Shown here: piece after piece, positions 49,416 through 60,161 of the stretch
Layout of the letters: the number at the start of each line of letters is the position of its first letter
How positions within the stretch are numbered: the stretch's first letter is position 1
Source of the DNA: Terriglobia bacterium
GTDB taxonomy: Bacteria > Acidobacteriota > Terriglobia > 20CM-2-55-15
Assembly: GCA_965198225.1 (NCBI GenBank)
Contig: CBDAOY010000007.1
Location: 384,001-448,000, forward strand
Direction: 5' to 3'
Length of the DNA stretch: 64,000 nucleotides
Notes under the pieces: model-generated
Told to the model about the DNA's origin: nothing
Seen by the model: only the letters and a program-made list of their open reading frames with translations
Database searches by the model: none
Translations under genes and position numbers: made by a program

Positions 49416-50411
49416 GTGAAAGAAGTAGTCGAGCTCGACGACAAACAAATCGAACAGTTCCAGACTGAATTCCAACGAGTCAATTCCGAGATTTCCAAGG
49501 TTATCGTCGGATACGGCGAGGTCATCGACGACCTCCTGATCACCGTGCTTGCACGAGGCCACGCCATCCTCGAGGGCGTTCCCGGCGTCGGGAAGACTCG
49601 ACTCGTACAGACTCTGAGCGACGTTCTCCACCTGAAGTCCTCACGAATCCAATTCACGCCCGATCTGATGCCCGCCGACATCGTGGGAACGAATGTCGTC
49701 CAGGAGAGCGATACCGGCCACAAGGTCCTCGAATTTCAACCCGGGCCGGTGTTCGCCAATATCGTGCTTGCCGACGAGATCAACAGGGCCACGCCAAAGA
49801 CGCAGTCTGCGCTGCTGGAGGCCATGCAGGAGAAGACGGTCACTGTAGGGAATCAGACCTACCGGCTCGAACCTCCTTTCATCGTTCTCGCCACGCTCAA
49901 CCCCCTCGAACTGGAAGCCACCTACCCGCTGCCGGAAGCCCAGGTCGATCGATTCTTCATGAAGCTGAGGATGGATTTCCCGGATATGGACAGCATCCAC
50001 GAGATTCTGGATCGAACGACCCAATCCGAATCGCCTGCGGTCAAAAGAGTCTGGGACGCCGAGAAGATACTGGACCTGCGCCAGACCGCTCTGGGACTAC
50101 AGATTTCTGACACGGTACAGGACTACGCCATCCGCATCGTGATGGCGACCCAGCCGACGACCGAATACGCCCACGACCTGACGAAGCGTTACTTGCGCTA
50201 TGGCGCCAGTCCCAGGGGATCGCAGGCGCTGGTGATCGGCGCGAAGGTCTGCGCCCTGCTAAAAGGCCGCCGTGAGGTAGCCCCGGAAGATATCCGTTCC
50301 GTGGTGCTGCCCGCGCTCCGCCACCGTGTCATCTTGAACTTCGAGGGTGAAGCCGAGCGGATCGATCCCGACAAAGTACTGCAGGCGATCATCGACGGCA
50401 CTGCGGAGTAG
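49416..50411 (+). CDS. MoxR-family AAA+ ATPase
   Basis: LEGVPGVGKT, RIQFTPDLMPAD, LADEINRATPKTQSALLEAM, GASPRG. Confidence 0.95.
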   Translation: MKEVVELDDKQIEQFQTEFQRVNSEISKVIVGYGEVIDDLLITVLARGHAILEGVPGVGKTRLVQTLSDVLHLKSSRIQFTPDLMPADIVGTNVVQESDTGHKVLEFQPGPVFANIVLADEINRATPKTQSALLEAMQEKTVTVGNQTYRLEPPFIVLATLNPLELEATYPLPEAQVDRFFMKLRMDFPDMDSIHEILDRTTQSESPAVKRVWDAEKILDLRQTALGLQISDTVQDYAIRIVMATQPTTEYAHDLTKRYLRYGASPRGSQALVIGAKVCALLKGRREVAPEDIRSVVLPALRHRVILNFEGEAERIDPDKVLQAIIDGTAE

Positions 50412-50455
50412 CGTCTTCGGCTCCGTCCTGCGGAGCAGCCTCTTCGGCCCGTGTC

Positions 50456-51307
50456 CTACGGGCTCAGCATCTCATCGACGAAATTCTTTGCTTCCGTCGT
50501 GCTGTAGCCGTATTTCGTCTTCACGAGAGCCAGGGCGCCGATTTCGTCGCCCCGTTCCAGCAGGTCCAGGATTCGATCTTCCAACTCCTTGCCTTCGAGC
50601 TCTTCCCAGGCTGCATTCCGGATCTTCCAGTCCGGCTCGACGGGGAGTCTCTTTCCGAGGATCTTCAGCGCCTTCTTGATTCGGGGGCTGACACCGCCCC
50701 ACTGGATCCGGAGGATGTCGTCCTCGACCAGCCGCACCGGATAGTGGTGGTGCTTGGTCCTGGAGAAACCCACCTTTGGCGCCTCGCGGGCCCGTTCGGT
50801 TCGGAGAGAATCACCCAGTGCATCGAGATCTCCCCCGCTGAGTTTCACGTCGAGGTAGGACCACGATTCGACGCGATCACCGTCACCGGATGAGGACGGG
50901 TTCGAGAGTTTTTCCCTGGCTCGGCGAATCCAGCTGATTTCCGTGAATGGAACGACAACGGTGACCGCGTCGTCATCCGGGAAGTGATCGTTCAGGTGCG
51001 AACGGAACTTGATAACCAGACGATCGATGCTGGACCGCACCAGCCAGTTAGACTGCTTGAGGCTGGCCCGAAAGTAGAAGTAGCCCAAGAGAGCCAGGAA
51101 ACCGAGGACCGCTCCGATCCAGTAGAGCAGGGTCGGCGGCAAGTGCACGTCGTCGGAGTCGTAGCCGCCGGCTCGAGCGAACCAGATCAGAGCGACAGAC
51201 AACAGCAGGCACGTTGCGAAAAAGAGAAACTTGCCGAGGACCGACTGACGGAAGACGGTTTCTTTGCCGTATGCCCGAGGAATCTCATCGATGGTGTAGA
51301 GCTGCAT
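50456..51307 (-). CDS. Membrane protein with C-terminal L7/L12-CTD-like helix pair
   Basis: Two TM helices; GDEIGALALVKTKYGYSTTEAKNFVD. Confidence 0.6.
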   Translation of the reverse strand: MQLYTIDEIPRAYGKETVFRQSVLGKFLFFATCLLLSVALIWFARAGGYDSDDVHLPPTLLYWIGAVLGFLALLGYFYFRASLKQSNWLVRSSIDRLVIKFRSHLNDHFPDDDAVTVVVPFTEISWIRRAREKLSNPSSSGDGDRVESWSYLDVKLSGGDLDALGDSLRTERAREAPKVGFSRTKHHHYPVRLVEDDILRIQWGGVSPRIKKALKILGKRLPVEPDWKIRNAAWEELEGKELEDRILDLLERGDEIGALALVKTKYGYSTTEAKNFVDEMLSP

Positions 51308-51491
51308 GGGATGGAGCGGGGCGTCAGGCGTGCGCTCAGCTGTCAGCGTTCAGCCTTCCGGTCATTGAATGACTTTAATGTAGGGCCGTACCGCTTTCAC
51401 ACTGAAACCCGGTTTGGAGCACTGTTACAGGCCACTAGTTCGTGGCGAATTCCTGCCACTCCCTTCATACCGGAAATACCTGCGCGCATCT

Positions 51492-51507
51492 TGGAACTCC
51501 CGTTGCA
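51492..51507 (+). promoter_or_regulatory. Possible sigma54 promoter
   Basis: TGGAAC-TCCCG-TTGCA, close to the TGGCAC-N5-TTGC consensus. Confidence 0.45.
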
Positions 51508-51531
51508 TACATCCAGGTCAGGAGGTGAAAG

Positions 51532-51756
51532 ATGGCGCAAATAGGAACTTCACAGATCAGGACACGGACGTTTCTCGACGTCCCTACCGCCGCGCGCTTG
51601 GCAGGCTTCTCCATCCGCCATTTCCGCAGAATCATTGAGGAAGACGAGATTCCGATCATGCAGATCGGCCGGAAATTCTTCATTGTGGCCGCGAATTTTG
51701 AGGAATGGCGCGAGACTCACGGCCAACGGCGGGAACGAACCTGTCTACAAAATTGA
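51532..51756 (+). CDS. Excisionase-like helix-turn-helix DNA-binding protein
   Basis: FLDVPTAARLAGFSIRHFRRIIEEDEIPIMQIGRKFFI; AGGAGG RBS. Confidence 0.75.
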   Translation: MAQIGTSQIRTRTFLDVPTAARLAGFSIRHFRRIIEEDEIPIMQIGRKFFIVAANFEEWRETHGQRRERTCLQN

Positions 51757-51914
51757 TGGATATAACGGCCTGTTGTCTACGAAGTTGACGGACAATAGCC
51801 TAGCGGCGCCTGAATAGCGCGTCGAACCCTAGATCGGATTCTGCGGTTTGAAGACCTCCGAGATTTTCCGATCCCGAAGAGTACCTCTCACAAACAACCC
51901 TTTACACACGCTAC

Positions 51915-51942
51915 GGCGGCCCACAAGGGCCGCCCTTTTTTT
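51915..51942 (+). terminator. Rho-independent terminator
   Basis: GGCGGCCC-ACAA-GGGCCGCC followed by T7. Confidence 0.75.
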
Positions 51943-51980
51943 CTTGAAGCGAAACTCTAGGATCGGGTGTCGATCCTCAA

Positions 51981-52161
51981 GTGTAGGTGCGCTCTATGAG
52001 CGCACAAATGCCCGCGGAACCACAAGTTGTGCGGTCATAGACCGCACCTACACGTGAAAAGCACCGCCAGCCGATTTTCCGTTCCCATAATTCGTTCACA
52101 GCTTGTATGAGCGCACATCGTTTCGGCTCGAAGAATGTGCGGTCATAGACCGCACCTACAC
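51981..52161. repeat. REP doublet 51981-52053 plus partial doublet 52106-52161
   Basis: First doublet is nearly identical to 46135-46207, including spacer and left flank. Confidence 0.85.
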
Positions 52162-52413
52162 ACCTATCCGATCAGAACCGCTGCGTGAACACCACCTTCG
52201 AGACGGCGCTGCGGTCGTTCGTAAAGATCCCCGCCGGGTCGTTCACCCAAAGGCGGCAGCTCCCCCAGCAGGCCGCACGGGTGTAGGGACCACCCTTTAC
52301 ATACGGCCCGGTCACGGTCACCGCAGACTGGACCTGCTCTGGAACCTTCCGCCTGGACTTCACGTATACTTAGGCTGCCGCGGGCTGCTGTCTCCGCGGC
52401 CGGTTATGTTCCT

Positions 52414-54549
52414 ATGAAGAGAAGGTTTATGGCCGTCCTTATCGGTGTCTTGATTGTCGCGTCGTCCTGTATCAGAGAAAGAGGGCCAGCTGCGGATGAC
52501 GGAAGGTTAAAACCTCCCCAGGCGCGAAGGGTGGTGAAGGTCGATACGTTCCACGGTGATACGAGGGAGGACCCTTACTATTGGCTCCGTGAACGATCCG
52601 ATCCTGAGGTCGAGGCCTACCTGGCAGCCGAGAACGCCTACACCGAAGCCGTCATGGCGCCTACCGCTCCGCTTCAGAAGGCCATCTTTGAAGAGATCAT
52701 CGAGCGGATCAAGGAAACCGACCTCAGCGTTCCATACCGCCGGGGCGACTACTGGTACTACTCGCGGACCGAGGAGGGCAAGCAGTATCCCATCCACTGT
52801 CGGAAGCGCGGCAGCCTGGATAGCGCGGAAGAAGTCCTGCTCGACGTCAACGAACTGTCGGAAGGCGAGGAGTTCCTGCAGCTGTGGACCTCTGAAGTCA
52901 GCGACGACGCAAACCGCCTGGCTTACACGACCGACGTGACCGGTTTCAGGGAATACACGCTCTACGTGAAGGATCTTCCGCGCGGCGAACTCCTGCCGGT
53001 TCGCATCGGCAATGTGACCGAGGCCGTGTGGGCCGCCGACGAGCGGACCCTCTTCTACGTCGTCGAGGATGAAGCCAAGAGGCCCTACCGGGTGTACCGA
53101 CACCGCATCGGTGACGCGCACGATGGTTCGGCCGATGACGTGGTTTACGAGGAATCGGACGAGCTGTTCCGGGCTTCGGTCGGGCGATCGCTCGATGGCC
53201 GCTACGTTTTCATTATGTCAACCAGTTCCACCACGACGGAAGTCCGCTATCTCCCGGCCGATCGTCCCAAAAACGATCCGCGCGTCGTTCTGCCGCGAGA
53301 GGAAGGCCACGAGTACCACGTCCTGCACCGCGAGGGTCTCTTCTACATCCGGACCAACAAGGATGACCCGACATTCCGGATCGTGACCGTTGGGGCCGAC
53401 GATCCGGGGCCGAACAACTGGATCGATTTGCTTGCTCACGACGCCGAGGTCACCCTGGAAGGGTTGGAGGTATTCTCCGGGCACGCGGTGGTCCTGGAGC
53501 GCGAGGCAGGGGTGCCTCATCTGCGGATCGTCGATCTCGAGACCGGCGAGCAGCACCGGGTCGAATTTCCCGATCCGGCCTATTCGGTTTTCCCGACCGC
53601 TAACGAGGAGTTCAACACGACGAAGCTCCGCTTCCGATACCAGTCCCTGGTCAAGCCCGCGTCGGTTTTCGAATACGGAATGGACGACAGGGACCGGACG
53701 CTGTTAAAGGAAACGGAAGTGCTCGCTGGTTTCGCTTCCGAGGATTACGCTTCGGAGCGGATCTATGCGAGGGCTGCAGACGGCATCGACATTCCCATAT
53801 CGCTGGTTTACCGGAAAGGGGTACGAACGGACGAGTCGACTCCGTTGCTGCTGTATGGCTACGGTGCCTACGGCATCCCGCTCTCGCTGTCTTTTTCTTC
53901 CGTGCGTGTCAGTCTGCTCGATCGTGGAGTCATCTATGCGATGGCCCATGTCCGTGGGGGAGGGGATCTGGGCAAAGAGTGGCACGATGCCGGCAAGCTG
54001 ATGTCGAAGCGCAACACCTTTACCGACTTTATAGCGGCGGCCGAGCATCTGATCTCACAGGGGTATACGTCGAGCGAGCGGCTGGCGATTACCGGAGGAA
54101 GCGCTGGTGGATTGCTGACGGCGGCGGTTGCCAACATGCGACCGGATCTGTACAAGGCGGTCGTGTCCGACGTTCCGTTCGTCGATGTGCTCAACACGAT
54201 GCTGGATCCGTCACTCCCGTTCACCGTCGGCGAGTACCTGGAGTGGGGCAACCCCAACGTCAAAGAGGAATACGACTACATCAAGTCCTATTGTCCCTAC
54301 ACGAACATCGCTGCACGGCACTATCCGACGATGCTGGTCAAGACATCGGTCAACGACAGCCAGGTCATGTACTGGGAATCCGCCAAGTATGTCGCCAAAC
54401 TGCGGTCATTGAAGACAGACGAGAACCTGCTCCTGCTGAAGGTCAACATGACGGGCGCGCACGGCGGTTCATCGGGCCGCTACGACATCTATCGCGAGCT
54501 GGCGTTTGACTATGCGTTTATCCTTGACCAGCTGGGTATATCGGAATGA
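52414..54549 (+). CDS. ptrB: Oligopeptidase B (S9A)
   Basis: DPYYWLR, YGYGAYG, GGSAGG, DSQVMYWE, HGGSSGRY. Confidence 0.92.
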   Translation: MKRRFMAVLIGVLIVASSCIRERGPAADDGRLKPPQARRVVKVDTFHGDTREDPYYWLRERSDPEVEAYLAAENAYTEAVMAPTAPLQKAIFEEIIERIKETDLSVPYRRGDYWYYSRTEEGKQYPIHCRKRGSLDSAEEVLLDVNELSEGEEFLQLWTSEVSDDANRLAYTTDVTGFREYTLYVKDLPRGELLPVRIGNVTEAVWAADERTLFYVVEDEAKRPYRVYRHRIGDAHDGSADDVVYEESDELFRASVGRSLDGRYVFIMSTSSTTTEVRYLPADRPKNDPRVVLPREEGHEYHVLHREGLFYIRTNKDDPTFRIVTVGADDPGPNNWIDLLAHDAEVTLEGLEVFSGHAVVLEREAGVPHLRIVDLETGEQHRVEFPDPAYSVFPTANEEFNTTKLRFRYQSLVKPASVFEYGMDDRDRTLLKETEVLAGFASEDYASERIYARAADGIDIPISLVYRKGVRTDESTPLLLYGYGAYGIPLSLSFSSVRVSLLDRGVIYAMAHVRGGGDLGKEWHDAGKLMSKRNTFTDFIAAAEHLISQGYTSSERLAITGGSAGGLLTAAVANMRPDLYKAVVSDVPFVDVLNTMLDPSLPFTVGEYLEWGNPNVKEEYDYIKSYCPYTNIAARHYPTMLVKTSVNDSQVMYWESAKYVAKLRSLKTDENLLLLKVNMTGAHGGSSGRYDIYRELAFDYAFILDQLGISE

Positions 54550-55793
54550 TCGGTCAGACGGTTTCTCACTACAAGATTCTGGATCCGCTCGGAAGGGGCG
54601 GCATGGGTGTGGTGTATCGTGCCGAGGACACCCGGTTGGGGCGGCAGGTCGCGCTCAAGTTTCTGCCTGAGGAGTATGCGGAAAACAAGCAGGCGCTCGA
54701 ACGCTTTCAGAGGGAAGCTCGGGCGGCGGCCGCCCTGAACCACCCGCACATCTGCACGGTCTATGACATCGGCGAATGGGAACTTCGGCCCTACATTGCG
54801 CTCGAGCTGCTCGAGGGGCAGGCGTTGAACGAGCGCATTTCGGCCGGCCCGATCGAAGTCGATGAATCCATCGAGATGGCCACGCAGGTGACCGACGCTC
54901 TGGGGGCCGCACACGCGGCCGGCATCGTCCATCGGGATATCAAGCCGGGAAACATATTCATCACCAAGGGTGGACAACTGAAGGTCCTCGACTTCGGTCT
55001 TGCCAAGCTGACGCCGACGGAAGCTAAGAGCGCAAGTTCAGCCACCACCGTCGACGACCATCTGACCCGCCCTGGCTCCACCGTTGGAACTGTTGCCTAC
55101 ATGTCGCCTGAACAGGCGCGCGGGAAAGATGTCGATCACCGGACCGACCTGTTCTCGACCGGCGTCGTGATCTACGAAATGCTGACCGGGCAACAAGCCT
55201 TTCCGGGAGAAACCTCGGCCGTGGTGTTTGAGGGGATCCTGACCAAGGAACCTGTCGCCCCGACCCGAATCAATGCGGCCCTGCCGCCCGAACTGGATCG
55301 GATCATCAGCAAGGCGGTGGAGAAGGATCCGGACATGCGCTACCAGGGCGCGAATGACCTGCGCTCCGACCTGAAGCGGCTCCGGCGGGACAGCATGATG
55401 AGCCTGTCGGCGGCAAAGACGGCCGTCGTAGTCGGGAACGTTCCGATGCGGGCTCCGGCCCCGCCTCCGGTTCCCAACGCCGTCGTGGACGTCACGATCT
55501 CCGACGCTCACACGGGAGGACAACGTCCGGGACTGGCTTTCTTCCTGGGTCTCATGCCGGGCGTCGGTGCCCTCTACAATGCGCAGTTCCCCAAGGCGGG
55601 GATCTACCTGTTCACGTTTGCAGTCCTGTCCGGCCTTTCTGGCGCGGCGAGCGGGTTCTTCGGGACGGTTTTCGGCCTGCTCACTTTCGGTTTCTACGCT
55701 TTCATGCCGTTCGAGGCCTACCACACCGCGAAACAGCGCAAGATGCTTCGGCAGAGAGAAGAGGATTCACGGGCTGGAATGGGAAGCCAGTGA
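54546..55793 (+). CDS. Hanks-type Ser/Thr protein kinase with C-terminal TM helices
   Basis: LGRGGMG, VALK, HRDIKPGN, DFG, YMSPEQ. Confidence 0.95.
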   Translation: MIGQTVSHYKILDPLGRGGMGVVYRAEDTRLGRQVALKFLPEEYAENKQALERFQREARAAAALNHPHICTVYDIGEWELRPYIALELLEGQALNERISAGPIEVDESIEMATQVTDALGAAHAAGIVHRDIKPGNIFITKGGQLKVLDFGLAKLTPTEAKSASSATTVDDHLTRPGSTVGTVAYMSPEQARGKDVDHRTDLFSTGVVIYEMLTGQQAFPGETSAVVFEGILTKEPVAPTRINAALPPELDRIISKAVEKDPDMRYQGANDLRSDLKRLRRDSMMSLSAAKTAVVVGNVPMRAPAPPPVPNAVVDVTISDAHTGGQRPGLAFFLGLMPGVGALYNAQFPKAGIYLFTFAVLSGLSGAASGFFGTVFGLLTFGFYAFMPFEAYHTAKQRKMLRQREEDSRAGMGSQ

Positions 55794-55854
55794 GGATAAG
55801 TCGAGGTGGTCGCGGTCGGCTGGACTCTTCTGCCGAAGCCCGCCCCCAAAGGAA

Positions 55855-55923
55855 GTGTAGGTGCGGTCTATGACCGCACATTCTTCGAACCGAAACATGT
55901 GCGCTCATAGAGCGCACCTACAC
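55855..55923. repeat. GTAG REP doublet
   Basis: GTGTAG...CTACAC bracketing two hairpins. Confidence 0.85.
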
Positions 55924-56019
55924 CTATCATTGAACCCCGGCTTTACATCAACAGAGCGCAGACTGTAGCATCCCGGCAGATCGCCGGTTCATCGAGAGCC
56001 TGCCAGGTGGAGGAAAGTT

Positions 56020-58239
56020 TTGTTGGTGCGACTCGCAGCTGTTTGTCCAGCCCTCTGCATTCTCGCGGTTCAGGTCGCGTTTCCTCAATCGCAGCCAAGG
56101 GCCGACCCTCCGCAGATCAGCATCAACTATGAAACGGCCAGGTTCGAGCGAATAGCAACAGCGGTCCCGACCGAACAGCAAATCACGATCGACGGAGTGT
56201 TGGACGAGCCTGCCTGGGAGCTGGCGGAACCGGCGGCGAATTTCATCCAGTGGGAACCGATGCCGGGGGCTCTGGAGAGCGAGCCGACCGAGGCCCGGTT
56301 TCTCTATGATTCCGAAAACCTTTACATCGGGGTCTACTGCTACGATTCCGAACCCGACCGCATCATCGTCACTGAGCTGCAGGAGGACTTTAGCGGATCC
56401 GCCGCCGATGGCTTCGGTGTCGTTTTGGACACGCTCAACGACGATCGAACCGGTTTCATGTTCTCCACAAACCCGGCCGGTGCGAAGCGCGACCGCCAGA
56501 TCGCCAACGACGGCGGAGTGATCAACAACGATTGGGACGGAGTATGGGACGTCGGGGTGACCCGTACCGACAAGGGCTGGATCGCCGAATACATCATCCC
56601 CTTCAAGACCCTTCGTTTTTCGAGCTCTGAGACTCAGGTATGGGGCCTGAACATGTTTCGGAGGATCCGAAGAAAGAACGAGAACAACTACTGGTCGCCT
56701 CTGCCGCGGCGATATCGGGCGATTCGAGTATCGATGGCCGGGATCCTTACTGGTCTGGAGGGCATCCGGCAGGGCCGGAACATCAAGGTAAAACCGTTCA
56801 CGATCGGAGGCGTCCGTCAGGTCCGATCCGACGGCGAACTGAGGTCAGATTCCGACTTCGACGGCGGCGTGGACATCAAGTATGGTGTGACGTCGCGGCT
56901 GACGCTCGACCTGACGTTTCGGACGGACTTCTCTCAGGTCGAAGTCGATGAACAGCAAGTCAACCTCACCCGGTTCGGCCTGTTCTTTCCGGAAAAGCGC
57001 GAGTTCTTCCTTGAAAACTCGGGCATCTTCGCGTTCGGCCAACCGGTGGGCTTCGGTCGGCGCGGAAGAGGGGCGAGCAACCTCATCCCGTTCTTCAGCC
57101 GTCGAATCGGGCTCTCATCCGACGGGACGCCTGTGCCCATCGTCGGTGGGGCGAGGCTGTCGGGCTCGATCGGAAGCTATGACCTCGGCCTTCTCACCAT
57201 GAAGACCGAGGGCCTCGATTCCAGGCCGGCCGACACCTTCGCAGTAGGACGCCTCAAGAAAAACGTCATGCGGAACTCATGGGTGGGAGCCCTGTTCACC
57301 AACCGCGACTCGGCCGAGGCCGGAGACTACAACCGGGTGTACGGGCTCGATACGCAGTTCCGGTTTTTCGACCGGCTCAACGTCGCCGCCTATCTGTTAC
57401 GGAGTGAGACCCCGGGGAAAGAAGGAAAGGACCAGGCGCGACAGGTCGAAGCCGCGTGGACGGACAACGATCTGTCCTTCGGCGCTCTACACCACGAAGT
57501 AGGGGAGAACTTCAATCCCGAAGTCGGTTTCATTCGAAGACGGAATACCGAGAAGACATCGGCGAACTTTTCCTGGCGACCGAGAACGACTTCGAGCCGT
57601 CTCGTGCGCAACCTCAGCTTTACCAGCGGCGTCAACTATTTCGCCGGCGGTGCCGGCACGATTGAGACTCGCGAACAGAGTGCCGGGTTCGGCGTGTCCT
57701 TCGAAAACGGCGCTTCGTTCAACGTCGGTGCGAACCGAACGTTCGACCGTCTCGTCGAACCTTTCCAGATTCGCTCGGACATCGCGATACCGGAAGGCGA
57801 CTACGGCTATGACGACTTCTTCGTCTCCTACAACACCGACCCCAGCCGTGCGGTCGCCGGCAACATACGTTACACCGGCGGGGAATTCTGGGACGGCCGA
57901 CGTAACAGCTTCAGCGGATCACTGGCGCTGAAGCCTGACTATCACCTCAACATCGATCTCAGCTACACGCGCAACCGTATTCGACTCGCCGGCGGATCGT
58001 TCACCACGAATCTTCTGGGAACCCGGGTTCTCTATGCCGTCAGTAGCAAAATGTTTTTCAATGCCTTCCTGCAGTACAACACCGATTCGGACCAGTTGAG
58101 CACGAACATCCGCTTCAATATCATTCACCATCCATTGAGCGATCTCTTCGTCGTGTACACGGACCGGCGGGATACTCTCTCGAACCGGATCATCGATCGG
58201 GCGTTCGTGGTCAAGTTCACGCAGCTGTTTAATTTCTGA
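56020..58239 (+). CDS. CBM9-like domain plus DUF5916 outer-membrane beta-barrel protein
   Basis: IDGVLDEPAW, WIAEYIIPFKTLRF, DFSQVEVD..LFFPEKREFFLE, C-terminal Phe. Confidence 0.85.
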   Translation: MLVRLAAVCPALCILAVQVAFPQSQPRADPPQISINYETARFERIATAVPTEQQITIDGVLDEPAWELAEPAANFIQWEPMPGALESEPTEARFLYDSENLYIGVYCYDSEPDRIIVTELQEDFSGSAADGFGVVLDTLNDDRTGFMFSTNPAGAKRDRQIANDGGVINNDWDGVWDVGVTRTDKGWIAEYIIPFKTLRFSSSETQVWGLNMFRRIRRKNENNYWSPLPRRYRAIRVSMAGILTGLEGIRQGRNIKVKPFTIGGVRQVRSDGELRSDSDFDGGVDIKYGVTSRLTLDLTFRTDFSQVEVDEQQVNLTRFGLFFPEKREFFLENSGIFAFGQPVGFGRRGRGASNLIPFFSRRIGLSSDGTPVPIVGGARLSGSIGSYDLGLLTMKTEGLDSRPADTFAVGRLKKNVMRNSWVGALFTNRDSAEAGDYNRVYGLDTQFRFFDRLNVAAYLLRSETPGKEGKDQARQVEAAWTDNDLSFGALHHEVGENFNPEVGFIRRRNTEKTSANFSWRPRTTSSRLVRNLSFTSGVNYFAGGAGTIETREQSAGFGVSFENGASFNVGANRTFDRLVEPFQIRSDIAIPEGDYGYDDFFVSYNTDPSRAVAGNIRYTGGEFWDGRRNSFSGSLALKPDYHLNIDLSYTRNRIRLAGGSFTTNLLGTRVLYAVSSKMFFNAFLQYNTDSDQLSTNIRFNIIHHPLSDLFVVYTDRRDTLSNRIIDRAFVVKFTQLFNF

Positions 58240-58282
58240 GGAGACGGGGATGCTCGGTGCCGGAGACAGGCGAAACTCTGGG

Positions 58283-58496
58283 GTGTAGGTGCGCTCTATG
58301 AGCGCACACCGTTCCGGCTTGAGGGAGGCGTGGGGGGACCGGACCAGCTGTCTTTCTCCACACAGCCGCGCACTGCGATCGGTGCTTGAACGCTCAAGTT
58401 TTAGACCGTCGACAAGAGGGGGACGGCCAAACTGGGCCATCGACGCATGGGTTAATGAATGGTTCCTAATGAATGGGTCATAGACCGCACCTACAC
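58283..58496. repeat. Split REP pair (58283-58307 and 58477-58496)
   Basis: Two inverted REP halves separated by ~170 bp. Confidence 0.7.
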
Positions 58497-58530
58497 CTCC
58501 GTTTGGACAATGATCGTGCAACACCGGCGT

Positions 58531-59793
58531 CTACCGGCCGGCCAAACTGAGGGTCAAGAGCAGCATCTGTTTGATTCCATCGTACATGGGTTCAATCAGA
58601 ACGGCCTCACTCTCCTGATGGCCCCTCTCTCCCCGGGCCGCTCCGATCGATATCGAGGGTATCCCCATCTCCATAGCCACATTGGCGTCCGTGGAGCCCC
58701 GAAGAGTAAGTTCCGCCTCTATTCCCAACGCATCCAAAACGTCGACGCCAGTTTGAACAATCGTCGAATCAAGAGCCCCCGAAATCTGGGCGGCCGGGAG
58801 GATCAGCGGTCTTTCCACACTTAAACGCACCCCTTCCATCTCCGCGGCATTTTCGGCTGCCCTTCGAATCTTGGATTCCATTTCCTGGAGCTTCTCCGGG
58901 TCAGCCGAACGAACGTCCACCGTGAAGAAGGATTCCTCGGAGATGGCATTGAAAACCTTGCCACCGCCCAGCAAACCGACGTTGTATACCGTTCCCATTT
59001 CGTTTCCAGGTGGTTGTAGCGGAATCGTATAGATCTGGGAGATCGCGCTGGCGATGGCCTTGGCCGGATTCGGTTTCCCGGCGCTGCGATTGGTGTGCGA
59101 ACCCTCCGAGGTGAAGATGAACTTGTACCAGTTGATGCCGAGGGCCCCGTAACTCATCGCTCCTAGAGCGCCGTCGACCGCAACAAACATATCCAGACGA
59201 TCTTTCCAATCCTCCAGGAACTTTCGGGCGCCGAACAGGCCCAATTCTTCTTCGACGGTAAAGACCGCCAGAAAATCGCCCTTCGTCTGGATTCCGGCCT
59301 CTTTGAGTGCACGGACCGCCCAGAGGAGCCCGATACAGCCCGATGTGTCGTCGCCGACACCGGGGGCATACAGTCTCTCCTCCTCGCGCCGCACCTCGAT
59401 GGGCGTGTCCATATTGAAAACCGTATCCATATGCGCCGCCAGGGCGACAGTAGGCCCACCGCCCGAACCCTTGAGTGTCGCGATCAAGTTTCCTCTCTCG
59501 TCGATCGAGATCTCATCCACTCCGATCGCCTCCAACTGATCACGAAGATAGGCCGCTCGCCGCTCCTCCATCGTTGAAGGCGCGGGGATTTCCGTCAGAG
59601 TGATCCACTCCTGGACGATGGCTTCTCGGTTGCTCTCGATGTAGCTGAACGCCGATCGAATGGCTGGGTCGGAGAGCAACTCCCGGTCGAACAGCGAGCT
59701 CGCCTGCTGGCCCGCTCCGGGAACTGGAAACGTCGTCGCCAAAACAACAAAGGCTGCGAACAGAAGTCTGGGTCTGGTCTGTTGGGCGTTCAT
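58531..59793 (-). CDS. M20/M28-family metallopeptidase, secreted
   Basis: AAHMDTV, GVGDD, VEEELG, GSTDAN, HQESE. Confidence 0.9.
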   Translation of the reverse strand: MNAQQTRPRLLFAAFVVLATTFPVPGAGQQASSLFDRELLSDPAIRSAFSYIESNREAIVQEWITLTEIPAPSTMEERRAAYLRDQLEAIGVDEISIDERGNLIATLKGSGGGPTVALAAHMDTVFNMDTPIEVRREEERLYAPGVGDDTSGCIGLLWAVRALKEAGIQTKGDFLAVFTVEEELGLFGARKFLEDWKDRLDMFVAVDGALGAMSYGALGINWYKFIFTSEGSHTNRSAGKPNPAKAIASAISQIYTIPLQPPGNEMGTVYNVGLLGGGKVFNAISEESFFTVDVRSADPEKLQEMESKIRRAAENAAEMEGVRLSVERPLILPAAQISGALDSTIVQTGVDVLDALGIEAELTLRGSTDANVAMEMGIPSISIGAARGERGHQESEAVLIEPMYDGIKQMLLLTLSLAGR

Positions 59794-60161
59794 GCTTGTC
59801 CCCTTCGTTTGATCGTTCCGGATGTGGTTCGGCAACAGTAATGCTCGATCGAGTTGCGTCACCGGACGATTATCTCGGTTTTCTCCGTCAGGCAACAAGA
59901 AAATGGGAATTCCGGAACCGATTATCATCCCCGGAAGCCCGATTCGCCGGCCCGCTTACCATCCTTTACACTGCTTTGCCTGGCCTTAACCATCGCCCTT
60001 TCCAGCGGCGGTTAACTAGGAAAGTGCGCACAAGTTCCAGCGACGTTCGGGAAGCACGGCATGTGACACCGGTTCGACCTATACTATTTCGTCTCGACTT
60101 GAAGAATGGCAATCGATGCTAAGCGTGCGGCGTGTTCGCGCGCATATGGAGAGATCAGATT

